From: Lama glama
Lineage: Eukaryota
Reading direction: 5' to 3'
DNA length: 64,000 nt
NCBI GenBank assembly: GCA_028534125.1
Contig: CM052817.1
Location: 46,254,001-46,318,000, forward strand
A program made the position numbers and the translations under genes. Numbering within the stretch: the first letter of the stretch is position 1; each line of letters opens with the position of its first letter. Shown here piece after piece: positions 54,101 to 64,000 of the stretch. Below the pieces are notes generated by a model that saw only the letters and a program-made list of their open reading frames with translations, was not told where the DNA came from and did not search any database.

Positions 54101-55520
54101 TTTATTTACTTAATTTCTCTCAGGAATGTTCTATAGTTTTCAATGTACAAGTTTTTCACATCTTTTGTCAAATTTATGCCTAAAGATATTATATTTTTGA
54201 TGCAACTTAAATGTCTTTATTCACTTCAATATCTGATATCTGATGCTAACACACAGAATGGCAATGATATTTGCATGTTAATCTTGTATCTTCTAACCTT
54301 GTTAAACTCATTTATTAGTATTAATAGCCTTTCTCTTCCCCTAGGTTCCACTGGATTTTCTACATAGATGATCATGTTATCTGCTTTTAATTTTCTTTTT
54401 CTTGCCTTGCCTTATGTGTTGGTTAGAATCTCCAATACAATGTTGAATAGACATGGTTAAGAATGGACATTCTTAATTTCTTCCTGATCATATGAGGAAA
54501 ATATTGTCTTTCATAATCAACTATGATGTTAGCTGCAAATTTTTCATATCTTTTATTATGTTTTGTTACTAGTTTTTAGACAGCTTTTTATCAGGAATCA
54601 ATTATGAATTTTATCAAATAATTTATCTCTATCTATTGAGATAATCACATGACTTTTCATTTTAATTGGTTAATGTGGTGAAATACATTGTTGGAATTTC
54701 CAATGTTAAACCAATGTTGCATTCCTGGAATAAAAGTCTTGATAGATTTTGGTCATGATGAACAATCCCTTTTATATATTGTTGAATTTTATTTCTCAAA
54801 TTTTGTTAGTATCTTTTGCATTTATGTTCATGAAGGGTATTAGTTTGTAGTTTTCCTTTCTTTTATGTCTTTGCTTGTTTTTGGGTATTGGTAATTTTAG
54901 AATATAAACCACACATTAAATTGTTTTTCTTTGGGGTTTAATACCAATTACATCCTAAAATTATTTTACTAATAAGAAAAATATCATATATATTTACTCA
55001 CATAGCTATCATTTCTAGTGTTCTTCATTCCTTTGTGTAGAAACATATTTTCATCTGGTATCATTTTTTTCTGCCTGAAGGACTTCCTTTAATATTTTTT
55101 TATAGTGTAGGTTTGCTGGTGATTATTTCCCTAGCTCTGTCTGGATTCTATTCTCCCTAAATATCTAAAATAATATTTTATTTGTCTTTGTTTTTAAAGA
55201 TATTTTCACTGAGTATAGAAGTCATTGTTATAGTTTTTTTTCTCTCAGTATTTTAAAGATCAAGATGCTCCATTATCTTCTTAATTACATTGTTTCTGAT
55301 AAGAAATCTGCTATTTCTTTCTTTTTATCCCTCTGTATGTAATGTGACTTCTCCCCACTTGATGCTTTCAGTATTTTTTCTCTACATTACACTGGTTTTG
55401 AATAATTTGATTATGGTGTTCATATTGGTATAGTTTTCTTCATATTTCATGGGCAGGGAGTTTGTTGAGCTTGTAGATCTGTGGGTTTATAGTTTTCATC
55501 ACATTTGTGTATTTTAATCT
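51140..55520 (-). mobile_element. Cluster of old L1 fragments (L1MB-like 3' end/ORF2, an ORF1-region piece, and a nested L1MA9-like 3' end at about 53583-53855)
   Basis: tttaaagtgtacaatttgataag L1 3' end and extended T-rich antisense ORF2 phrases. 53590-53850 closely resembles 1807-2075. Confidence 0.8.
51347..51684 (+). mobile_element. MaLR LTR (MLT1A-like) nested in L1
   Basis: tgctatgggctgaattgtgtcccc start, gatgggattagtgcccttataagaaga, cagaactgtgagaaaataaa. Near-TSD acact/ccact. Confidence 0.88.
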
Positions 55521-55624
55521 GAAATCCCAATCACTTGTGAAAGGATACTTATTTCTTACTCCTGTAACCTCTGTTAAGATTCCCACTTCCGTCCTTCTTG
55601 TAATTGACAATCATCTATAATACA

Positions 55625-55833
55625 TACCTTCCAGGATTAGTGCAACAAAAAGAGAAGTGGGGGTGGATGCCACGTAGCTTTTAACCATCTCAGTTCAGAA
55701 GTGGCTCAAAAAAAGTCACTTCCCCTCACAGTCCAGGAGCCAGAAGTCACATGGCCCCAGCCTAATTGCTAAGAGAAGCTGGGAAATGTAAGGGAATACG
55801 TGGATGTTTCGAGAACTTTATTTGTTTGCCACA
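55625..55833 (-). mobile_element. Old MaLR LTR fragment (MLT1J/K-like)
   Basis: gtcacatggccccagcctaa...gctgggaaatgta...tgccaca. Confidence 0.65.
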
Positions 55834-57574
55834 CAAAAAAGCAGATCTAAAGCAGGGATTGACAGAACTGAAACAATTTCAGAGGGTGTGGCTGAAAAAG
55901 GCTCTCTGAGGCAGTGGCATTTAAGCCAAGACCTAAAGGTGGGAAAGAAGTCAGCATTGGTATGTTTAAAAGATAACCAATGTAGTTAAGAGGCCAGAGG
56001 CTAAAGCCCTATTCAAGTAATAAAATGTTATCCTACCGTGTTCTCTGTATAATAAATACTTAGGGCTACAGAAAGCTTTCTAGGGTCTGGGGTGTAAGAT
56101 CCTCGCCAAATCTTGACCAGTGACAGAACTTACATACTACTGTCTTAGATGTAGAAGAATATGCAGAAGGATGAAACTTTAACGGAGGGGAAAACAAAAG
56201 CAGTGGCTGTAAAACTACAGGGTTCATTCATTCCAGCAATAACATTCACTAGGAATCTACCAGGATGCAGGGTGGAATTCAGGAATAAAATGTTGACTGC
56301 AATCCCCCCCTGATTTGGTGAAACTAATAGTCTAGTGGAAGAAACACATTACTAGAAAGTAATGAAATATTCTATGTGGAATTGTTCTGTGCACTCAGTC
56401 ACAGAACTGGGGTTCCTCCCTAGAGACAGGAGTAAAAATGCTATAACAAAGGTCAAGTCTAATTTAGAAGCTATTTAGAAATAAACAGGAAAAAAAGCTC
56501 TACAAAAATGGAGTCCAGGGTGATGAAAATTTCCCACTCTGTTGAAGAACATTATACATAGAGTAGTAAGTATTCTGCATACACAAATTTCATAATCTCT
56601 CAAGAAAAGCAATCAAGGCAAGGCCCTTTTTCCCCTCCAAATGAAGAATCAGGTTTTAGACAAATGTACATATCTGCATGCCCTAATTAGGTCAATACCC
56701 ACATTTTTATGCCTACTAATTACTAGAAAATGTTATCTTTGTTAAATCTACACTGCGAATTCTAACTCTTCTTACTCACCGCATCTGTATTTAATCCTTT
56801 AATCCTATGTTTCATTCTGGTTTCTCTGATCAATCCTCTTACATAAATTGGAAGATTTAATCCTCAAAAGCTTCAAACTAACTGAAGGGAAACATTTGAA
56901 AAACAATTTTAGAAAAAGATAGGTAAGCTAGATTAAGTTTTCCCATTCGACCTAATAAATTTTGTTCCCAGAAATAGAGAAGTAGATTTCTTGGAAAGCA
57001 AGAAAATAAAAAGGGGTGAGTAAGCATCTCTTGGTGCTTGACTTGCAGTCTCAGCTGTAGGACTGTGATGAAGACTGAAAGAACACCAGAACTGGTTCTC
57101 CTGGCACTGCTCTGCTACCCGCTACTGCCGTGACGCTACACAAGTTTCTCAGCTCACTCAGTTTCCTTTACTATAAACCATGGCCTTAAAAAAGAGTACC
57201 TACCGCTGAGGGCTGCTGTGAGTGTTACATTACTTACTGAATATTGCTGGCCGTCATAAGTGGTAGTAGCTGTCAAGGAACAGTAATCGTAAAACACCGC
57301 ATCCAAATTGAATTGACTGATTATTGTTTTCTAGGCTTACATCTGAGTGCTTTCATATAATTCATATAATTTGAACCCTTTTAAACCAAATTCACCCCGT
57401 GCCAAATCCCGCACTACGACAAATATTTATAGCAAATTTTCAGTGTGTTTCAAGCTTGTGGATATTATAATTCCCCTTTCGTTTCTTTGGTCTGAAAAGA
57501 ATGTCACTGGTCCCCAACTTTTAAAGACCATCATTCCCACTTTACTTTTCACAGTACGTACTGATACAGATACT

Positions 57575-58036
57575 TGTGGGAAGGGAATGTTGCCTAGCAT
57601 TTTAGCAAAATAAAGTTGCTGCCCACCATCAAGCCAGCAGCCACTGCTGCCACCCCACCCCCTGCCTGACTGTGTGCCCTGAGGAGAATTCAGGATGGAG
57701 AAAAACAGGAAACATTCTGTGTCCTGGGTACTGATGCTAGATAGTTAAGATGCATAGCTAAGGAATAATTTCAGTGAGCCCAGACTCTTGCATCTTCCCA
57801 TAGAAAATCACTAAAATCATTCACTTGAGATGTCTAGTTTTTGTGATTAGCAGTAAGCTTTTGATATTCACCCCCCTCCCCCAGCAAAAACTCCTAGATA
57901 TCCTAGCTTCTTCCTTACCTCTTCTGAGCAGTTTCTCAGAGCTAAGAGGCTGTCTCCCAGGCAGTAGTCCTCAGTAATGTTCCCAAATAAAACTTAACTC
58001 TCAACTTTTAGGTTGTATATTTTTCTTTGGTTGACA
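57575..58036 (+). mobile_element. Solo ERV1-class LTR (462 bp)
   Basis: TG...CA ends, exact TSD tact (57571-57574 and 58037-58040), aataaa near 57986. Confidence 0.9.
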
Positions 58037-58751
58037 TACTCTACAAATTATATAACTCTTAGTATAATATCAGTTTAATAGATATAACTCAATAAAAGCT
58101 AAAAGCAAAAAATGCCTAATTAGGAGAAAAAAATATATATAATGTGAATAGCAGACATCATTCTGGCCTTGACATGATGACGACTTATTGATACTGACAG
58201 AATCTGTGCTCAGTGGTGCAGGAGTAGGGAAGCAACCTCATATGACTGCTCTATTTCTCCCTCTTTGTAGGATCAGCTACAGGACAGACAGGCCATACGA
58301 CTGTGGACGCACAGTTGCATCCTCAGTACTTCCAGTCCTGACCAGAGTCACACAGCTCCTGAGCATAAACATGGGTGTAAGCCTGTGACAGACTCATTAT
58401 CACCAAATGGAGAACAGAATTCTCTCTCATTTCTTTGCTTTGTATCCAAATGAGATGCATGGAAACTGCTTGTACGCTCTCTTTAATCCTTATGCAAGCT
58501 AGTCCTCCAACATCAGGTTTCTAATTCTAATTTACAATTTCTTTTGCTTAAGATATTGTCCTAATTGTAAAAAATAATCTCCGATTTCTATCACGAAATA
58601 ATGTGAATCCCGATGTTAACCGAATGACAAAAAATTAGAGGTAAAATCGACTAGAATCATTTCATTTGTTCATTTGCTCATCGTTGCATTGTAACAGTCT
58701 TAGAAGACATGTACAGGAGAGGCTATTTCAACCCACTTGCACATGGCCAAC

Positions 58752-58887
58752 TGTTGGGGCTCAGGGTAGGCCATCCAAAAATATGCCTCAATGGCACATT
58801 AATTATTTTGAATTTGTTACTTAAGAAAGAGCCGTTGTAAGAGGGGACACTCTGACCCTCCTCTGTCCCCTTGAAAGGAGAAAATAA
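58752..58887 (+). mobile_element. 5' part of a MER34/MER39-like ERV1 LTR running into the assembly gap
   Basis: tgttggggctcag...ccaaaaatatg...tggcaca start, typical of this LTR group (from recall). Confidence 0.65.
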
Positions 58888-59387
58888 NNNNNNNNNNNNN
58901 NNNNNNNNNNNNNNNNNNNNNNNNNNNNNNNNNNNNNNNNNNNNNNNNNNNNNNNNNNNNNNNNNNNNNNNNNNNNNNNNNNNNNNNNNNNNNNNNNNNN
59001 NNNNNNNNNNNNNNNNNNNNNNNNNNNNNNNNNNNNNNNNNNNNNNNNNNNNNNNNNNNNNNNNNNNNNNNNNNNNNNNNNNNNNNNNNNNNNNNNNNNN
59101 NNNNNNNNNNNNNNNNNNNNNNNNNNNNNNNNNNNNNNNNNNNNNNNNNNNNNNNNNNNNNNNNNNNNNNNNNNNNNNNNNNNNNNNNNNNNNNNNNNNN
59201 NNNNNNNNNNNNNNNNNNNNNNNNNNNNNNNNNNNNNNNNNNNNNNNNNNNNNNNNNNNNNNNNNNNNNNNNNNNNNNNNNNNNNNNNNNNNNNNNNNNN
59301 NNNNNNNNNNNNNNNNNNNNNNNNNNNNNNNNNNNNNNNNNNNNNNNNNNNNNNNNNNNNNNNNNNNNNNNNNNNNNNNNNNNNNNN
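58888..59387. other. Assembly gap (500 N)
   Basis: Run of n characters. Confidence 1.
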
Positions 59388-59691
59388 TCTGTTTTTGCCA
59401 GTTCTTTCACAGTAAATTATGAAATTTAATTTAAAACAGTATAAACAAACAATTATTTCTATGAAGACTAATTTGAATATTCTTGAAACACTCTTGAGAA
59501 CTAAAAAGAATTAGTAATGACTTAGATAAAAGCAAGACAGCTATTAAGATTGGGAGACATTTTAAAAATACAGATGTATTTTAGATATTTTTACCTCAAA
59601 CTGAAAATTACAGGCAATGAATCATAGGTGTTATTTATGCCAAAAGATAGTGCAAAAATCCTAACAGTAGTTTCCAAAGAGTCTTGGACCT

Positions 59692-60234
59692 TGTAGGGAA
59701 GCACAGTTTGCCACCCGACAATGTCTCTTTGGCATGAGGATCATTTTAGGCAGATTATTTTTAAGAAACAGAAGACTCAGTAAGTCTGTCTTTTTGCCTC
59801 CCCCGTGGCTGCCTAAAGAATATAGATAAAGGACCTGTTCCCAGAATAGAGCTATCACCAGAGATAACTGCAAAGAAAATGGGCCGGGGTGGTGGGGAAA
59901 ACTCAGCGGGGTCTAAAGATCGGAGTCCATTTTGTGTCCCATTGTCCTTACGTGGCCCAGCAAACATTTGTTTTTGCATCTGCAGGTGAACTGCATTCCT
60001 CCCCTTTAAGGTCCCAAAGCACTACCACCAATGCCTTCTTTTCTCTTAGCTGAAGATGGTATTTAAGGTGAGGGCTTCAGCCATTTCGGCAAGTTACTCA
60101 GTTTTCCTGGGTCTCTCCCATGTACACATGTTATTAAACTTTTGTTTCTTTTCCTCATGTTAATCTGTCTTATATCTATTTAGATCAGCCAGAAGAAACT
60201 AGAAGGGGAGAGGAAAATTTCTTCCTTCCCGACA
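59692..60234 (+). mobile_element. Solo ERV1-class LTR (543 bp)
   Basis: TG...CA ends, exact TSD acct (59688-59691 and 60235-60238). Confidence 0.92.
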
Positions 60235-60544
60235 ACCTACATCAAAAGATTGGTGAATTAATATTTAAATGTTTTATGTTATTATGCTATGTTTAAGATA
60301 AAATGCCTTGTTTTATGATTTCCTACTTTATCCAACTTTTTCTATTAACCAAATTACATATCCCAGTGTAATGTAGGTGAATAGGTTAAGTAATACAGAA
60401 GAGTCCCCTCATCTGTAAGATGAAGAAGATAATTCCTACACATAAGGCTAGGCTGTTTTGAGGATTCAATAAAATTATCTATATAAAAGAACACCTGCCA
60501 CATAGTAGCACCTGTTACTCACCAGCTAACACTGACATGCGGTG

Positions 60545-60785
60545 AGAGTGGTAACATAATGGTAATGGAATGAGGGACCAGTCTGCCTGGACTCACATCC
60601 CAGCTCCATTACCAGCTCTGTGAGCTTAGGGACAGTTATCTAACCTCTCTGTGCCCCAAATCCCTCATTAGTAAAATGCATATTATAATAATAGCTCCAC
60701 CTCCATAGGGTTATTGTGAGGATTCAATGAATCAATAAGGTAAAGTGCCTGAGACATAAATGCCTGACATAGTAAATTTTGGTTA
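60545..60785 (+). mobile_element. MIR SINE, near full length
   Basis: ccagtctgcctggactcacatcccagctcc...taacctctctgtgcc...catagggttattgtgaggatt. Confidence 0.88.
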
Positions 60786-60929
60786 TTTTGTATATTATTG
60801 GCTTTTCAACTAGATATAAAATTGTCATTTCTCAGAGAATCCAGATATTTTTTATCACCATGTCCCTTTAGCTTTATGCTTCTCACTCTCAAACACAAGA
60901 CTTGAGAAATTTCAGTACAGAGAGATCAA

Positions 60930-60948
60930 CAGTGCCATCTAGTGGCAA
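60930..60948 (-). promoter_or_regulatory. Candidate CTCF binding site
   Basis: Minus strand reads TTGCCACTAGATGGCACTG, a close match to the CTCF core CCACYAGRKGGCRS, in apparently non-repeat sequence. Confidence 0.6.
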
Positions 60949-61678
60949 ATTGCTAATAAATTCAACAAAGAATATTGCCCATAAAGGGGTAAAATTTCTT
61001 ACAGATATGAATTTAATTTTTAAGACAAACTAAATATTTGGAAAATTTTACATGTTTACATGTTTTTATAACTATCTGAATGTATTTCAAATACAAGTGA
61101 ATGAAATTTAAAAACTACAAACCACAAGAAGATTGTGAGACAAATACAGTACCAAAAAAAAAAAAAGATCTTGTTTTGCATGAGCCAAACAACTGGGCTT
61201 AAACCCAAATGCCAAAATTTTTGGAACAGATCTGTGATGTTAATTAAACTCCTGATATTTTCTAGACCTTAACTTCCTATGATACGAAATGAGTGTGCTG
61301 TACATGTTGAATGCCTTTTATAGTTGTAAAAGTAAGTGATAAGTCACCATGCTAATATTAACATGATGAGTCTATAGGATTATCTATCAGAAGCATTTTT
61401 CTTGGGGGGAACCTTGATAACTTCTAAGATCCTTTCCAATTTTTTAATTTTTTTAAATCCCGACATATCAAAAGAAAATAATTAAAAATGTGAGTTTTTG
61501 TTGTAATTTAAATAGCACAAATGTTATACACTGAGACAGTAAGTTATATTATTGCATAAATTAAAATATTAATGCCATACAAAGATCCTAAGTAATACCA
61601 TCAAACAGCTCTACTTTCTGCAAGTCAAACTTACACAATAATTCAAAACTGCACCAAACTGCCCTAATCCATAATATT

Positions 61679-62853
61679 CAAGCAATCCTTGCTTTGCTCA
61701 TTGAATATGCACGAATTTCAGAGCCACAATTCAGTCAAACACCACCAGTCTTCCAGCAACACAGTTTAAATTTCAGTTATCATGGCGTATTAACTGTGAG
61801 TGATTATATAAGCGCTGCCAGCTCTTTGGTCCACAAATCACTACGTAAGTAACAGATGAGCATCATGATCAGTGACTAACACGTCACTTCTTTCAGAGTC
61901 TGTCGGTGATTGATCACGGCACATCTGTTATTCAGTTCAAACACAGACAGCAAATCATACTGCCTCCTTGTCTCCCAGTGATAAACTCACATGACATTTC
62001 ACAGAAGCGGATAATGAGAAGAGGGAATGAGCCTGTAAAGATGAAGTGCAATGAAGAAATAAAAGGCGATGATTCTGGAAGTGAAAGCGGATGTGAACAG
62101 AAGAACTGAAGGTGGCACAGCAAAGACAGAAGAGACATAGGCCAGCATAAAGGTAAGAACCATGAACGTAAAAAACAAGATAAACCTGCTTCAGTAGATT
62201 TCTACCTGAATGTAAACGGGCTGTACAAGAAGTAGGCCATGACCCCAGAATGCTGACGCTGCACCCTTTGAAGCCATGTAGCTACGCAGCCACAGGAACG
62301 TAATGAGGACAAACGGATCCAAATAAATGAGGAACGTGCTTATGACAAAAAGGACGACAACACCCCAGAGAAAGTGACACCAGGATAAAACCTCACATTA
62401 AAGAAACTCTCAGAGACAGTTCATGACTTCAAAAGTACAAAGGACAAAACAGAAGCTGATCCAGACTTGGAAAGGAATATGACAGTTCAACTCACCAAGG
62501 CACAGAAAAGATGCTTGGAAAAGAGCAAGCGCTCCGTATGAAGAGTTATAGGATGAGAGAAAGGAAGGTCAAACTCCTCTTGACGAGACTTTGCCAATGA
62601 AATAAAACACTTTAATTCTCAGTGTTTCTAATGTTTTAAATCACAGTGTACTTAATATTAGTTTTACTATTTTTCATGTCATTATACATTTGCAAACCAC
62701 AGTAAGAGAATTTTTGATGTTTTGAGAAAACATTTTAAAGGTCACAGAACAATAGCTATTTTCCCACTGATTTATTTAGATCGCTTTGACCAGCTGCAGC
62801 AGACACAGTCATTTCTATGTTCTTGCACTGTTGTGCAAAGCCAGAACTGCATG
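61679..62853. mobile_element. Tigger6-like TcMar DNA transposon (non-autonomous)
   Basis: Inverted termini caagcaatccttgctttgc and gcaaagccagaactgcatg, internal atatgcacgaatttcag, and a decayed transposase-like A-rich interior. Confidence 0.75.
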
Positions 62854-63056
62854 TGTTGCCAAAGCCTACATTTTTCTTTCACAATTTTCAGTCATTGTAA
62901 ATGTAAGTCATTCAGAAATTGTCACCTATTATATGCTAATATAAGAGCTAATCCCCTTCTGAACATATTTTATAAATTACTTGAGGTGTCAGCATATAAT
63001 GTTGAAAGGTGTCCTTACTCCTAACCGAACCAGACACATAGAAGAGCATTATGTAC

Positions 63057-63179
63057 CTGGCAGTGGCAACTGAACTAATATACCACTGACTCTTGGGTCC
63101 ATGTTCAACTGATCAGTTATATCCAAAAGTTCTTCCTGAGAAACGTCCTTAGGTTTTAGAATGATCTCACTACAGATAC
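63057..63179 (-). CDS. MTHFD2L: MTHFD2L coding exon 3 (123 nt): (G)[40 protein letters not shown](D)
   Basis: Contains the FolD-family GILVQLPLP signature. Acceptor ttttcttccag, donor G|gtacat, in phase with exon 2. Confidence 0.98.
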
Positions 63180-63796
63180 CTGGAAGAAAAACAAGTACAG
63201 AAAGTCACTCGACTAACAAAGATGTGTTTTTCCATTAGTGATGTTTTATAGCATGTGATTGGCTCCCTCTGCTCCCGTCCCACGAGAAGGAAAGGTCCTT
63301 CTACAAAAATGATGTTCGAAGCACCATCAGAAGGGATTTCTCAAATAGTGCAGATGTTTTCTCATGATTCACATGCATTCTTTAGTCCAGGACCCCATGT
63401 GGCAAATTGCATTTATTGCCGATAAGCTACTGTCAGTAGATTTAAAGAGAATAAAAACACCAATACTGCCACCGCCACTACCAAGCCAAGTTGGACAGAG
63501 TGAACTGGCCAGGTTTACCATGCAATTAAAGCAAATGTGACAAAACCAGGCCCTTTAAATGTAAAGTGTTGCTCTCACATTTCATCATAGGATCTGAAAT
63601 CACACTGAATTGATTAAGTAAGAAAATCTGAAGAAAAAGAATAAGAAATGAAAATAAACTTTGGTAACTAAATAAAATAATAATACATGTTATTTGAATA
63701 GCACTGAGTTGACAGTTTTCATTCATAATTATCACACTTTGAGGTGAAACCAGAAAACATGATTTAGGAAAAAGCACAACTAAAACGCACGCCCAC

Positions 63797-63981
63797 CTAC
63801 AGCAGCGGCCGCTTTGACCTTCCTCCTGACGTAGGTGTGGCTGGCGGGGTCATCACCCACTAGAACGACGCTGAGGTGAGGCCTTCTGTTCCCAAGGGAA
63901 ATCCAAGAGTCCACACCTTGCCGTATTTCTTTCTGGATTTGTTTGGCCATTTCAGTTCCTGAGATAATAACTGCATCATGT
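63797..63981 (-). CDS. MTHFD2L: MTHFD2L coding exon 2 (185 nt): (R)HDAVIISGTEMAKQIQKEIRQGVDSWISLGNRRPHLSVVLVGDDPASHTYVRRKVKAAAAV(G)
   Basis: Manual reverse-complement translation matches the FolD/MTHFD2L N-terminal domain, including the YxxxK motif. Acceptor ctctctttgttttccacag, donor G|gtgggc. Confidence 0.97.
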
Positions 63982-64000
63982 CTGTGGAAAACAAAGAGAG

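Noticed and set aside
58817..59422. The two longest ORFs (197 and 183 aa)
   Set aside because: Artefacts of translating through the 500-N gap.
1..64000. CRISPR arrays, operons or other prokaryote-type systems
   Set aside because: The sequence is a spliced mammalian locus. I saw no regularly spaced repeats with unique spacers and no long intact non-host ORFs.

Overview
Mammalian genomic DNA, most likely a camelid (alpaca or camel), judged from two tRNA-Ala-derived vic-1-type SINEs and a cetartiodactyl-type L1 5' end. The window lies inside MTHFD2L (mitochondrial methylenetetrahydrofolate dehydrogenase/cyclohydrolase 2-like), which is on the minus strand. Five internal coding exons (2-6; 185, 123, 153, 108 and 93 nt) have canonical AG/GT sites and splice into one uninterrupted frame. 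Exon 1 lies beyond the right edge. I did not find exon 7 or later exons, so 1-24520 is taken as intron 6. The introns are mostly transposon remnants: L1, L2, MIR, Charlie/Tigger/MER DNA elements, MaLR, and six ERV LTRs, four with exact 4-bp target duplications. There is a 500-N assembly gap. I see no support for a new multi-gene system, and the supplied ORFs are repeat-derived or chance. The best second-look items are: a 3'-truncated, tailless L1 that keeps its full 5' end and has a 12-bp duplication; a GC/CpG-shifted patch in exon 2 that changes residues around the catalytic YxxxK motif; a tightly paired ARE + ATF4 motif; a candidate poison exon; and a strong CTCF motif. Repeat family names and human comparisons come from recall, not database searches.
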